Source: a bacterium
GTDB taxonomy: Bacteria > UBP7 > UBA6624 > JBBIMK01
Reading direction: 5' to 3'
Assembly (NCBI GenBank): GCA_037444445.1
Contig: JBBIMK010000005.1
Location: 61,837 to 93,836, forward strand
Length of the DNA: 32,000 nt
Shown here: in pieces, positions 1 to 9,501 of the stretch
How positions within the stretch are numbered: the stretch's first letter is position 1
Layout: each line of letters opens with the position of its first letter
Notes under the pieces: generated by a model
What the model saw: the letters and a program-made list of their open reading frames with translations, nothing else
Told to the model about the DNA's origin: nothing
Database searches by the model: none
Program-made: the position numbers and the translations under genes

Positions 1-2
1 AA

Positions 3-374
3 CCCCGCTTCCCTGTGAGTGTGCCAGCAACCCTCACCACTTTTGCAGAAAACATGGAGCCCCGCCAGGTTCTCTATGGGGTGACGAAGGATATAAGCCG
101 AGAAGGAACTCTCCTGGCCTTCTCCTCTCCTCCCCCTTTGCAAATTGGTGAATTTGTGAAAGTGGAATTGCAATTATCGTCTTCCGTGCTCCATTTTTAT
201 GGAAGGGTAATTCGTATTCGGCCTGCAGAAAGCGAGGAAATTCCCGAAACTCTCATTCATCTTCACTTTACTATTCTGGAGGAATCCTCAATAAAATATC
301 TGCAAAGTCTTCTCACTTCGGAAGTCAAACCGGCAGGAAAGGATATGGATTCAGAATTGAAGCGAGGCGAGTGA
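3..374 (+). CDS. PilZ-domain-like protein, probably 5'-truncated by the window edge
   Basis: The track ORF 15..374 starts at GTG, but the frame stays open back to nt 3 (PRFP upstream). It contains a D-I-S-R-E-G motif matching the PilZ D/NxSxxG signature, followed by a beta-rich segment. The RxxxR half of the motif would lie at or before the window edge. Confidence 0.6.
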   Translation, partial: PRFPVSVPATLTTFAENMEPRQVLYGVTKDISREGTLLAFSSPPPLQIGEFVKVELQLSSSVLHFYGRVIRIRPAESEEIPETLIHLHFTILEESSIKYLQSLLTSEVKPAGKDMDSELKRGE

Positions 375-375
375 C

Positions 376-1635
376 ATGAAGGAGATTTTATACGGTTGTT
401 TCATTGAAGAGAAGGACCCTGCAATTTATGGAGCGATTCAGGGGGAACTCACCCGAATTCGCACCACGCTGGAACTCATTGCATCAGAGAATTACCCTTC
501 TCTGGCAGTGTTGGGGGCTATGGGGAGCATCTTGACTGCCAAGTATGCGGAGGGGTATCCGGGGAAACGGTATTACGGCGGATGTCAGTTTGTGGATGTG
601 GCAGAAGAGTTGGCGAGAGAAAGGGCAAAAAGCCTGTTTCACGCGGAGCATGCCAATGTTCAACCCCATTCAGGCACGCAGATGAATATGGCGGTGTATT
701 TCACCTTCTTAAATCCAGGAGATACCATCATGACCCTTCGGCTGGACCACGGGGGACATCTGTCGCACGGACATTCCGTGAACTTTTCAGGGAGATTCTA
801 CCGCGTGGTTCATTATGGTGTGACGCCGGACACGGAACTGATAGATATGAATGAAGTTCGGGAGAAGGCAAAGGAATCCCATCCCAAACTGATTATGGTG
901 GGATATACGGCGTATTCTCGTTCCATAGATTTCCAGGCTTTTCGGGAGATAGCGGATGAAGTGGGAGCAGTTTTGGTGGCGGACATAGCGCACCCGGCTG
1001 GATTGATAGCGGCGGGGATATATTCCGACCCGATTCCCCATTGCGAGGTGGTTACTGCCACGACACATAAAACCCTGCGGGGTCCCCGGGGCGGGCTGAT
1101 TTTATGCAAGAAGGAGTTCGCAAAACGGATTGACCGGGCAGTCTTTCCAGAAACCCAGGGTGGTCCGTTTATGCACATCATCGCCGCCAAAGCGGTTGCC
1201 TTCCAGGAAGCCCTTCAGCCTTCCTTCACTGTCTACCAGGTTCAAACTCTTCAGAACGCCCGGACTTTAGCCCGTGCCCTGGCCGAAGAAGGATTGCGTA
1301 TTGTTTCCGGAGGAACCGACAATCATCTTTTTTTAGTGGATTTACGCCCACTGAATATCACGGGGAAAGAGGCGGAAACCCTCCTGGAATCAGCGGGAAT
1401 AACCGTGAATAAGAACACCATACCCTATGACCCTCAGCCGCCGGCTGTAGCCAGTGGAATACGCATTGGAACACCTGCGGTTACCACGAGGGGGATGAAG
1501 GAGTCGGAGATGCGGCAAATTGCCCGATGGATTGCGAGAGTGCTATCCAGTAAAGATTTGCAGGTTGCTCACCAGGTTCGTAAGGAGGTGGCTGAAGTGT
1601 GCGAACAGTTTCCCCTCTACCCGGAACTGGAATAA
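376..1635 (+). CDS. glyA: Serine hydroxymethyltransferase
   Basis: 419 aa. Typical SHMT motifs are present: [44 protein letters not shown]. It starts 1 nt after the upstream stop codon. Confidence 0.97.
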   Translation: MKEILYGCFIEEKDPAIYGAIQGELTRIRTTLELIASENYPSLAVLGAMGSILTAKYAEGYPGKRYYGGCQFVDVAEELARERAKSLFHAEHANVQPHSGTQMNMAVYFTFLNPGDTIMTLRLDHGGHLSHGHSVNFSGRFYRVVHYGVTPDTELIDMNEVREKAKESHPKLIMVGYTAYSRSIDFQAFREIADEVGAVLVADIAHPAGLIAAGIYSDPIPHCEVVTATTHKTLRGPRGGLILCKKEFAKRIDRAVFPETQGGPFMHIIAAKAVAFQEALQPSFTVYQVQTLQNARTLARALAEEGLRIVSGGTDNHLFLVDLRPLNITGKEAETLLESAGITVNKNTIPYDPQPPAVASGIRIGTPAVTTRGMKESEMRQIARWIARVLSSKDLQVAHQVRKEVAEVCEQFPLYPELE

Positions 1636-1661
1636 ATTGGAATCCTCAGGGGAGTGTGGAT

Positions 1662-2189
1662 ATGCCAAATCCTCCGGCGCTTCCGTGCGGTGTTCGGTAC
1701 CAGCCTCTACTCTTATCGTTGGGGTCAAATACCTCTTTACTCCATGACGACCCCCTGAGCCCCCTTCGGCGAGGTGTGTATATACTCCAGCGTCGCGGTC
1801 TTATGGTGCTGGAAATGTCCAATGTATATCTCACAGAACCGTGGGGACCCCTGCAAACCCAGCGATGGTTTTATAACATTGCTATCCTCACGGAAAGCTC
1901 TCTGGAGCCCTACGCTCTCCTGAATCTTGTCAAGGAGACGGAAAAAGAAGCCGGTCGCCTCGTTTCCTCCCAGCGGTGGGGACCCAGAGAAATTGATATT
2001 GACATCGTTCTGTATGGTAATTATGTGGTAAAGACTCCGGAATTGACCATTCCCCATAAGTATATGACAGAACGGCTCTTCGTTTTAGAGCCTCTATGCG
2101 AGATTGCACCCAATTATGTCCATCCCGTATTCAAAAGAACCGTGCGTGAATTATATGAAGACGCAGTTATCCGAGGCGTTTACCCCTGA
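1662..2189 (+). CDS. folK: 2-amino-4-hydroxy-6-hydroxymethyldihydropteridine pyrophosphokinase (HPPK)
   Basis: HPPK motifs: LSLGSN near the N-terminus, RWGPREIDIDIVLYG, and IPHKYMTERLFVLEPL. I chose the ATG at 1662, which has a GGGGAG RBS about 8 nt upstream. The track start at 1599 would overlap glyA. Confidence 0.85.
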   Translation: MPNPPALPCGVRYQPLLLSLGSNTSLLHDDPLSPLRRGVYILQRRGLMVLEMSNVYLTEPWGPLQTQRWFYNIAILTESSLEPYALLNLVKETEKEAGRLVSSQRWGPREIDIDIVLYGNYVVKTPELTIPHKYMTERLFVLEPLCEIAPNYVHPVFKRTVRELYEDAVIRGVYP

Positions 2190-2192
2190 GCC

Positions 2193-2220
2193 ATAAAAAT
2201 AATGACACCTTTTGGGGTCA
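2193..2220 (-). terminator. Possible rho-independent terminator for the histidine kinase gene
   Basis: The + strand reads TGACACC-TTTT-GGGGTCA, a 7-bp stem with one mismatch. It is preceded by ATAAAAATAA, which is a T-tract on the - strand just after the hairpin. It lies 18 nt downstream of the kinase stop codon. Confidence 0.35.
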
Positions 2221-2237
2221 GGCACCAAACTATGACA

Positions 2238-5015
2238 TTATTTTGAAATCTCGGCGGCAGGGGCAAGGTCCAGGATGCCCCGCACCTTCAACAGGAGGTC
2301 TTCGTGGTCAAAAGGCTTCTGCAGGAAGCCCTGAACCCTGGCGCGGAGGGACTGCTGCTCTTCCGATTCCTGGCTATAACCGGTAATCACCAGAATTTTC
2401 ATCTCTGGACGGATATGACGAACCACATCCACCACTTCTTCTCCACTCATTTCAGGCATCACGAGGTCTACTACCATAAGGTCAATGGAGTCCCGGTTCA
2501 GTAGGAAGATGTCCACCGCTTCCTTCCCATTCTTCGCCGCGAGGACACGATACCCTTTGGACTGCAGAATTTCTTTGAGAAGATTGCGAAGGACTGCTTC
2601 GTCATCCGCCACGAGGACAGTTTCCGACCCCCCGGGAATTTCCACAGGGGGAGGCACTTTCACTTCTGCCGGGCGCTCAGCGATAGGGAGATAAATCAGA
2701 AAGGTGCTACCTTTTCCCTGTTCACTGCGGACTTCAATGGTGCCGCCATGGTTTTTCACCACGCCGTAAGCCACGGCAAGCCCCAGCCCCGTTCCACTGG
2801 GCTTGGTGCTGAAGAAGGGTTCAAAAATCCGGTCCCTCATCTCTTCGGGTATACCCACCCCAGTGTCCGAGATAGAAATGCGAAGATAATCTCGCTCCTT
2901 TAATCTCAGAGTGCTCCGAAGGCGGTCTATGGGAATGAACCGGGTTTCCACGGTCAGAGTTCCGCCATCGGGCATGGCATCCCTGGCATTCAAACAGATG
3001 TTCAACAGGGATTGTTGAATCTGAGCCTCATCCCCTTCTATGTGAGGGTGAGAAGCATCCAGATGCATAACGATGGAGATATTTTTGGGGAAAGTGCGGG
3101 TGAGAATAGCCTTCACCTGGTCTAAAACGGTGTGGAGATTAAAGATTTTCACTTCTGCTTTTCTGCTTCTGGCGAAGGCGAGGAGTTGCTGAGTGAGGTC
3201 AGCGCCCTTTCTTGCAGTGGATTCAATGAGTTCCACATGGGAGTAAATTTCCGAGCCCGGGGTGAGTTTGCTCTTCACCAGGCTGGCGAAGCCGAGGATA
3301 CCTGCGAGGATATTATTAAAGTCATGGGCCACGCCTCCGGCGAGAGTGCCCAGGCTTTCCATCTTCTGGGAGTGGAACAACTGCTCTTCCAGGGCTTTTC
3401 GCTCGGTGATGTCGCGGAGAATGGCGCGAATCATTCGGGGATGGTCAGGAGTTCCTGATATCAACGAGGCGCTCATTATCACATCCATGGACTCGCCGTT
3501 GGATTTGACCATCTGGAGTTCCACGCCCTCTATCTTCTGGAAGTTGAGAATTTTCTGCAGAGCGTCCCGATGGGCGATGCGAGAAGCAGGCGTCAGGAAT
3601 TTTTCTATCGGCTGACCGATGAGATGCTCTTTCCGATAGCCCAGTTTGCCAGCCTCCGTTATGTTACAGGAAAGGATAATTCCCCTGTCATCCAGGCTGT
3701 GATACATATCGGGGGCATGCTCATACAGGTCCAAATATCGCTGCTCAGATAGAATGGCATTCTGATACAGACGCGCTTGAAAAATGGCGGAGGCAACCCC
3801 ACTGGCGAAAAGCGACATAATTTCTTCATCTTCCACGGAGAAGGGCTTGCCGTCTTCTCGGTCCGCCACATATAGCAAGCCCAAAACCGTGTCATTATAC
3901 CGGAGACAAGAACCCAGAAAATGGTTCATCACAGGATGGTGAGGAGGAAAGCCAGTAAACCCTGGTTGGCTGGAGATGTTTTCCAGCCGTAGAGGAGTGG
4001 TACACACTTTCAGAGCCCCAAGAATCCCCCGGTTACGCGGCCTCTGGGTCAAGGATGGCAGGATGGTTTCATCTATCCCACTGGTGAGAAACTCTTCCAG
4101 TTGCCCCTTGTTGTTAAATATCTGGAGCGCAGAATAGCGAGTGGAGAATAAATCCCGGGTCCTTTCCACCACCTGTTTTGCCAGTTCTTTCGGGTCCGTG
4201 CTGAGAGCATGAAGAATGTCGTAGACTTGAAGGAGGCGAGTAGACTTTCGGGATAGATATTGTAGGGCACTTTCCAGTTCCGAAATGATTGCCCGGGCTT
4301 CTATCGGGGGTCCCAGTTCGTTTCCTACCCGGCTGAGAAAAGACACGGTGGGGAGGGAAAAAATATACCCGGAAGAGACAAAGAAACTCAAGGCACCAAT
4401 GGGCTTCTCTATTCCTTTCAATGGCACGCTTCCGAACTGAATCAGGTCCTCATGTGCCGGTGCCTTCCTGCGGGTATCCTGAATGTAATTCTGAACAAAA
4501 ACAGGCTCCCCGGTCTGAAGACACATCGCTTCCAAACAGGGGTCTTCTCCAAGTTCCTGTAACGCTTCTGCCTGAGGGGCCGGGAGATTCCAGTGAGCCA
4601 CCAGCCGGAATCGGTTTTCTTCTTTCTCCCGGAGATGAAGGTAGACTGCAAAAAAATTCAACTCTTTCTGGAGGGCCTGGCAAATCTTGTTTAATGCCTC
4701 GGAAAAGGGAATGGAAGAATAAAGGAAAGATTCCAGATAAGAAAGCAAGGTCCGATGATATAACTCTTCCTTCTGGCTTTCCATCATCCGGAATGTATCA
4801 TTCACAACTACCGTGAGTTCATCCAGGTCCGCCTGTTTTACGGTGGGTAATGGGGAGAAATCCTTCTTCTCCACTCTGTTTCGGAGAGTGTGAACAAATT
4901 CTTTTAAGATTTCCTTCCATTTCTTACGGGTAAAGGAGGAAAGAAGAAAAAATGCCAGGGCAAAACCGATAATAAACCCGATAACTACCCCACTATATCC
5001 AGTTACAACTGCCAT
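2238..5015 (-). CDS. Hybrid sensor histidine kinase (N-terminal TM anchor, GAF region(s), PAS, HisKA, HATPase_c, C-terminal receiver)
   Basis: 925 aa. There is a hydrophobic N-terminus. Kinase motifs: H-box GGVAHDFNNILAGILG, N-box LLNICLNARDAM, G1 DTGVGI, G2 GTGLGLAVAYGVVKNHGG. The receiver shows VLVADDE ... DLMVVDLVMPEMSG ... LQKPF. Confidence 0.9.
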   Translation of the reverse strand: MAVVTGYSGVVIGFIIGFALAFFLLSSFTRKKWKEILKEFVHTLRNRVEKKDFSPLPTVKQADLDELTVVVNDTFRMMESQKEELYHRTLLSYLESFLYSSIPFSEALNKICQALQKELNFFAVYLHLREKEENRFRLVAHWNLPAPQAEALQELGEDPCLEAMCLQTGEPVFVQNYIQDTRRKAPAHEDLIQFGSVPLKGIEKPIGALSFFVSSGYIFSLPTVSFLSRVGNELGPPIEARAIISELESALQYLSRKSTRLLQVYDILHALSTDPKELAKQVVERTRDLFSTRYSALQIFNNKGQLEEFLTSGIDETILPSLTQRPRNRGILGALKVCTTPLRLENISSQPGFTGFPPHHPVMNHFLGSCLRYNDTVLGLLYVADREDGKPFSVEDEEIMSLFASGVASAIFQARLYQNAILSEQRYLDLYEHAPDMYHSLDDRGIILSCNITEAGKLGYRKEHLIGQPIEKFLTPASRIAHRDALQKILNFQKIEGVELQMVKSNGESMDVIMSASLISGTPDHPRMIRAILRDITERKALEEQLFHSQKMESLGTLAGGVAHDFNNILAGILGFASLVKSKLTPGSEIYSHVELIESTARKGADLTQQLLAFARSRKAEVKIFNLHTVLDQVKAILTRTFPKNISIVMHLDASHPHIEGDEAQIQQSLLNICLNARDAMPDGGTLTVETRFIPIDRLRSTLRLKERDYLRISISDTGVGIPEEMRDRIFEPFFSTKPSGTGLGLAVAYGVVKNHGGTIEVRSEQGKGSTFLIYLPIAERPAEVKVPPPVEIPGGSETVLVADDEAVLRNLLKEILQSKGYRVLAAKNGKEAVDIFLLNRDSIDLMVVDLVMPEMSGEEVVDVVRHIRPEMKILVITGYSQESEEQQSLRARVQGFLQKPFDHEDLLLKVRGILDLAPAAEISK

Positions 5016-5067
5016 TTATATTTCACTCTTACTTTATGTATATTCCGGTGCCTGATGGCATAAAATA

Positions 5068-5097
5068 AGTATAGTGCAAAAGGGATGCACCTGTCAA
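5068..5097 (-). promoter_or_regulatory. Sigma70-like promoter for the hybrid kinase gene
   Basis: The minus strand reads TTGACA (5097-5092), an 18-nt spacer, then TATACT (5073-5068). This sits about 50 nt upstream of the ATG at 5015. Confidence 0.5.
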
Positions 5098-5235
5098 GAA
5101 AAATGAGGAGTAGGCACCATTCTGAATCCTGAGTCAATTCAAATCCTCCGGAGCCAGAATTTCAAACATGGGCCCGTTTCGGATGTGGCTCGGGTGGGGG
5201 GAGGGAAAAGAGAAGCGAATCCACTGGCGTTTTTG

Positions 5236-6396
5236 TCAGGAGGAAACGAAAAGGCGGGGAATCCGCTTCCCGAGGGCGCAGAGAACTTCGTAAGGGATGG
5301 AATTAGCCCAGTGAGCCAGTTCCCAGGCATCTACACCTTCTCCGAGAATCGTCACCTCATCTCCGACCTTCACGCCGGGAATAGTGGTAACATCCACGGC
5401 AGTAAAATCCATGCTCACATTCCCGAGGACAGGGGCCTTTTGACCCAGGAGGCGCATCCATCCCTTACCTGAAAAAGCCCGGCTGTATCCATCCGCATAA
5501 CCGATAGGAATGATGGCAATTTTCGTGGGGGCAGAGGCTTGAAACCGATGCCCATATCCACATCCTTCCCCCTTCTTTAATTCTTTCACCTGAATTACCC
5601 GGGCTTTTACTGACATAACCGGGGCGAGAGGCAGGCTATAATTCAGGTTTGGAATCGGATTTATGCCGTATAAGAGGATACCCAGGCGCACCTGGTCTGC
5701 CCAGGTTTCTTTCCACCGTAAAGTAGCCGCAGAATTGGCCATGTGCAGAGCGATGGTGGAGCGATTTTTCCCCAGAAAGGGAGCCACCAAAGTTTGGAAG
5801 GTTCTCACCTGCTGGCGAGTGAACTCTTCATCACAATCTGCCTTCGGAAAGTGAGTAAAAATCCCTTTCACACCGGCGCCGGAAATTTCAAGGATTTCCC
5901 GAAGGAAAGTGGTGGCTTCGCCCGCCTGGACGCCCAGTCTTCCCATGCCGGTGTCCAGTTTTGCCTGAACCTGCAGAATCTTTCCATCTCTGCGGAGAGC
6001 CATCAATTCCTCCTGAAATTCCTGCAACATTTCAACGCTGAAGAGTGTTTGCTGAAGATTATAGTGATAAATCTCCCGGACGGCGCGCGGGGAAGTGTAC
6101 CCCAGGGTAAGGATTTCGCCTCTCACACCATTTTCCCGGAGTTCAATGGCTTCATCCAGAGAGGCAACGCCAAAGGAGCGGATGCCCTCTGCTTCCAGAG
6201 TTTTTGCAATTTCTACTGCGCCATGACCATAGGCTTCCGCCTTTACGATGGCTAAAATCTCCGTTTCTCCATTCAGGAACTTTCGGATATTCCGGAGGTT
6301 CTGGCGGAGGGCATTCAGGCTGATTTCTGCCCAAACGGGCCGATGTGTAGAAATAGAAAGTTCGCTCTGGGTTTCCACTCCATTGACCGATTTCAT
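5236..6396 (-). CDS. alr: Alanine racemase
   Basis: Motifs: RPVWAEISLNAL and the PLP-lysine motif AIVKAEAYGHG, with a typical C-terminal YEVLCALGKRIPR. I chose the start at ATG 6396 (MKSVNG...). The longer track ORF reaching 6555 would overlap the nnr 3' end. Confidence 0.92.
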   Translation of the reverse strand: MKSVNGVETQSELSISTHRPVWAEISLNALRQNLRNIRKFLNGETEILAIVKAEAYGHGAVEIAKTLEAEGIRSFGVASLDEAIELRENGVRGEILTLGYTSPRAVREIYHYNLQQTLFSVEMLQEFQEELMALRRDGKILQVQAKLDTGMGRLGVQAGEATTFLREILEISGAGVKGIFTHFPKADCDEEFTRQQVRTFQTLVAPFLGKNRSTIALHMANSAATLRWKETWADQVRLGILLYGINPIPNLNYSLPLAPVMSVKARVIQVKELKKGEGCGYGHRFQASAPTKIAIIPIGYADGYSRAFSGKGWMRLLGQKAPVLGNVSMDFTAVDVTTIPGVKVGDEVTILGEGVDAWELAHWANSIPYEVLCALGKRIPRLFVSS

Positions 6397-6415
6397 CTTG
6401 CTTATCAGGACTAAT

Positions 6416-7987
6416 TCAACTCTCCCTTTCCAAATTGAAGAGGACTCTGGGGATTTCCAGCAGGAGGTCAGAGGCAATGAGGGAGCGTGGGGTTTTTCTT
6501 GCTGCCGCCCGGTCACCAGCCAGACCGTGGAGGAAAACCGCCAGAGTGGCTGCAACCTCCGCCCCTAATCCCTCTGCCAGAAGAGTGCCCACCATCCCGC
6601 TGAGGACATCCCCCACGCCTCCGGATGCCATACCGGCGTTTCCTGAGGAGTTGATAAAGACTTTGCCGTCCGGGGTACCGATGGTCGTTCGGGCGCCCTT
6701 GAAAACCACCACACCACCGGATTCCTGCGAGGCTTTCTTTGTCCATTCCAGCCGTTCTTTCTCCAGAATATCCGGAGGAACACCCAACAAGCGTGAAAGT
6801 TCCCCTGCATGGGGCGTGAGAACAAATTTCACCCCTACCCGTTTTAAGGCTTTTATACCCTCGCCTTTACCTTTTAGCCCTTCACCTGAGCGAAAAGCGA
6901 AGAGGCCATCGGCATCCAGGATGAAGGGCTTTTGTGCGTTGAGCACTATTCGGCGAATCAGTGTTTGAGTTTCCGGATGCCTGCCCACGCCTGGTCCAAT
7001 CACGAGGGCATCTGCCCATCTTTCCTGCTCTTTCAGAGGCTCCCACGCTTTTAGCCCGATATGCCCTTTCTCACATTCCGGGAGGGGAAGTTTCATCACT
7101 TCTACCAGACGTCTGGCGAAGACAGGATGGAGGCTTTCCGGGAATGCAATGACTGCGAGGCCTGCTCCCGTTCGGATAGCGGCTCTGGATGCTAACTCTC
7201 CTGCTCCCGTCAACCCGGTGCTCCCGCAAACCAGCAGAACTTTCCCGCATTCTCCCTTGTGAACCCAGGGCTTTCGTTTGGGGAGTGCCATCTGTGCCCA
7301 TTCTCGGGTAATAAAATACCGGTGAATATTCTCCGTCAGAGAATCTGGATAACCGAGGGGTGCCACGACTACATCACCACAGTAGGTGGCGCCCGGGTAA
7401 AGAATCAAGCCAGGCTTCAAAAAGCCCATAGTTACCGTTACATCAGCACGAACGGCTTCTAACATGGGGCGACCTGTGTCGGCATTCAGCCCGCTCGGTA
7501 TATCCACACTCACCACAAGGCACCCCTGCTCGTGTAAGTGGCAAACGGTGCGTATCGCCGATAATGCGAGCCCTCTTACCTCACCCCGGATTCCCACTCC
7601 GAGGATTGCATCCACAATTCCTGAAACTCCCTCACAGGCTTTTTGCCAGTGGGCATAGGTATAAACAGGGATTCCATGAGCGTGCACCCAGGAGAGATTT
7701 TGACGAGCAGGACCCGAAAAATCTTCCTCCTCTGCCGTGAGAATAACTCGTGCTTCTCCTCCTAACATTTTTATCCATCGGGAAGCGCAGAGGCCATCAC
7801 CCCCGTTATTTCCCTTTCCCGCAAAAACAGCCACCTTCCTTCCTTTCCTTTCCTCTTTCAGGCGGTGAAGTATCGTTTCTGCCACCGCTTTGCCTGCGTT
7901 CTCCATCAATACCTCTACGGGAATACCCACTTCCTTTCGGGCTCGCTCATCCACTTCCCTCATTTCATCCGTCATCAAAACTTTCAT
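6416..7987 (-). CDS. nnr: Bifunctional NAD(P)H-hydrate repair enzyme (epimerase + ADP-dependent dehydratase)
   Basis: 523 aa. The N-terminal half is YjeF_N-like (VLMENAGKAVAE, GKGNNGGDG). The C-terminal half is carbohydrate-kinase-like (HKGECGKVLLVCGS, LTPHAGELSRL, MASGGVGDVLSG). Confidence 0.9.
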   Translation of the reverse strand: MKVLMTDEMREVDERARKEVGIPVEVLMENAGKAVAETILHRLKEERKGRKVAVFAGKGNNGGDGLCASRWIKMLGGEARVILTAEEEDFSGPARQNLSWVHAHGIPVYTYAHWQKACEGVSGIVDAILGVGIRGEVRGLALSAIRTVCHLHEQGCLVVSVDIPSGLNADTGRPMLEAVRADVTVTMGFLKPGLILYPGATYCGDVVVAPLGYPDSLTENIHRYFITREWAQMALPKRKPWVHKGECGKVLLVCGSTGLTGAGELASRAAIRTGAGLAVIAFPESLHPVFARRLVEVMKLPLPECEKGHIGLKAWEPLKEQERWADALVIGPGVGRHPETQTLIRRIVLNAQKPFILDADGLFAFRSGEGLKGKGEGIKALKRVGVKFVLTPHAGELSRLLGVPPDILEKERLEWTKKASQESGGVVVFKGARTTIGTPDGKVFINSSGNAGMASGGVGDVLSGMVGTLLAEGLGAEVAATLAVFLHGLAGDRAAARKTPRSLIASDLLLEIPRVLFNLERES

Positions 7988-8077
7988 TTGCCTTCCCTTC
8001 TACAATTATACACTCCCTCCACTGAATTGAAATTTTCCCTTCCTTTCTATTCCGCCCTCGCCTGTCCTTCGCCACCT

Positions 8078-8091
8078 TGCAAAATTTTGCA
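8078..8091. promoter_or_regulatory. Perfect 14-bp palindrome TGCAAAATTTTGCA, a candidate operator upstream of nnr
   Basis: Read directly from the sequence: TGCAAAATTTTGCA at 8078-8091, extended imperfectly to CCTTGCAAAATTTTGCAGGG. It lies about 90 nt upstream of the nnr start codon in a non-coding gap. Confidence 0.3.
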
Positions 8092-8427
8092 GGGCGTGGT
8101 TGGATAATTTGGGCATGGAAGTCCTCCAGAAATTTTTCGCCTCCCCCCACTCTCCCCGTGTAACTCTGGGGGCGGGACCCATCGGGGAATATCTGGAAAA
8201 TCTCTCGCGAAATAGATTATGGGCAGCGAGTGAAGAAGACTATACTGAATAATGGTGAATATGATTGAGGATGCGAGTGAATGCCTCCAGAGTGAATGAA
8301 GGTTTTATGTCCGATGTTACCGTAAGTATCAATAAGTATCAAGTAGAGTGATATGTCTCCACCGCCGAAAATATCAACGACAATCCTTCATCCTGTCTGT
8401 TTACGATGGGGAGGGAAAGAAGTGGGG

Positions 8428-9489
8428 TTAGAGTGTGAAGGTGGTAATGCCTTGAATGCGGCCGATGCGGGAGTGTAATAGATTCCAGGAATCTCCACCA
8501 TCGTCGGAAGTATAGAGTTGCCCGGTAGTGGTTCCGAAGAACAGGGTTCCGTCATCACTGGAGGTCAGGGCGTGGCGGAGGACGCAAGTGTGAATGTGTG
8601 AGGGTAACCCTTTGCTTGCCTTTTCCCAGGTTATTCCGGTATCGGATGAACGCCAGACTTCCAGCGGTCCCTGGATGCAACTATTGTGATGTTTACATTT
8701 TCCTTGATAAGCAGGGATTACGAAGATAGTGGGATGGGAAGCAATAGTAACCGCAATGGGGAAGCCGTGTCGGCTGGGTAGCCCTTCACTGATATCCTGC
8801 CACGACTCGCCAGAATCGTCGCTCCGATATACTCCGCAATGATTCTGCTGGAAGAGGAGAGTTTTCTGTTTTTTCAGTGGAGCCATAGCGATGCGATGGG
8901 TGCAAGCATGGACTTCTTTCAGGTGGTGGGGGTCATTTTTTGCTGTCGGGCATGAGGAGAGAGTACCTTTCCGGATGCGAGTCCACGAAGCGCCATCGTC
9001 ATCGGAGCGATAGGCTCCTCCTCCGGAACTGACGATATAGATTCGCCCGTTTTTTAAAGGGTCAAACAGCACTGTGTGTAAGCAATGCCCGGTGGTGCCA
9101 AAGCCCCAGTCAATTCCCCACTCTTTCCGACCGGGTGCCTGATGGAGCCCTTCCACATCGTTCCAGGAAATTCCTCCATTCTCGGAGCGGAAGAGGTGTC
9201 CATAGTGTGTGCCCGCAAGAATTACCCGGGGATTTTCAGGGTTCAGAGTGAGGGTCCAGACTTTCCGGATAGGCATACCCTGATAAGAGCGTGTCCATTT
9301 TCTTCCGATGTTTTTGCTGATATAAACGCCGTCGGTGAGGGTTGCTGAATACAAAATTCCGGAATGTTCATCTACGGCATAGTGGTTCACAGAATGGGCT
9401 ATGAGGAAGGTGCGGAGTAATTTCCACTTCCTTCCTACCTGTTGAAAGAGAACACCTGCGTTATCAGTGCCTATCAGTAATCCTCTCAT
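8428..9489 (-). CDS. BNR/Asp-box repeat beta-propeller protein (sialidase/Ycf48-like fold), no signal peptide
   Basis: 353 aa with five Asp-box (SxDxGxxW) copies: SENGGISW, SDDDGASW, SDDSGESW, SSDTGITW, SDDGGDSW. The N-terminus is not hydrophobic. Confidence 0.75.
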   Translation of the reverse strand: MRGLLIGTDNAGVLFQQVGRKWKLLRTFLIAHSVNHYAVDEHSGILYSATLTDGVYISKNIGRKWTRSYQGMPIRKVWTLTLNPENPRVILAGTHYGHLFRSENGGISWNDVEGLHQAPGRKEWGIDWGFGTTGHCLHTVLFDPLKNGRIYIVSSGGGAYRSDDDGASWTRIRKGTLSSCPTAKNDPHHLKEVHACTHRIAMAPLKKQKTLLFQQNHCGVYRSDDSGESWQDISEGLPSRHGFPIAVTIASHPTIFVIPAYQGKCKHHNSCIQGPLEVWRSSDTGITWEKASKGLPSHIHTCVLRHALTSSDDGTLFFGTTTGQLYTSDDGGDSWNLLHSRIGRIQGITTFTL

Positions 9490-9501
9490 AGCCCGCCCTC
9501 C

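Noticed and set aside
1-376. A possible riboswitch or leader upstream of glyA/folK, and a T-box upstream of gltX.
   Set aside because: There is no room for one. glyA starts 1 nt after the upstream stop codon, folK starts 26 nt after glyA, and the gltX start overlaps the ridA-like stop.
5146-5153. Short perfect palindromes: CTCCGGAG at 5146-5153 and GCCCGGGC at 31863-31870.
   Set aside because: 8-bp palindromes are expected by chance several times in 32 kb. They have no loop, so they cannot form hairpins, and I saw no repetition or positional pattern.
6397-6555. The N-terminal extension of the alanine racemase ORF. Analogous upstream extensions occur at 24509-24616, 19556-19639, 20474-20527, 30180-30254 and 1599-1661.
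   Set aside because: The extensions overlap the preceding gene or lack an RBS. In each case the internal ATG has a GGAGG-like RBS, and it also restores either a canonical N-terminus (signal peptide, PlsY or HPPK start) or a short codon overlap with the upstream gene.
7965-8150. A 61-aa minus-strand ORF in the nnr upstream region.
   Set aside because: Its 3' end overlaps the nnr start. It has no RBS and a low-complexity K/R/G-rich translation. It also covers the palindrome and promoter-like region, so it is more likely non-coding.
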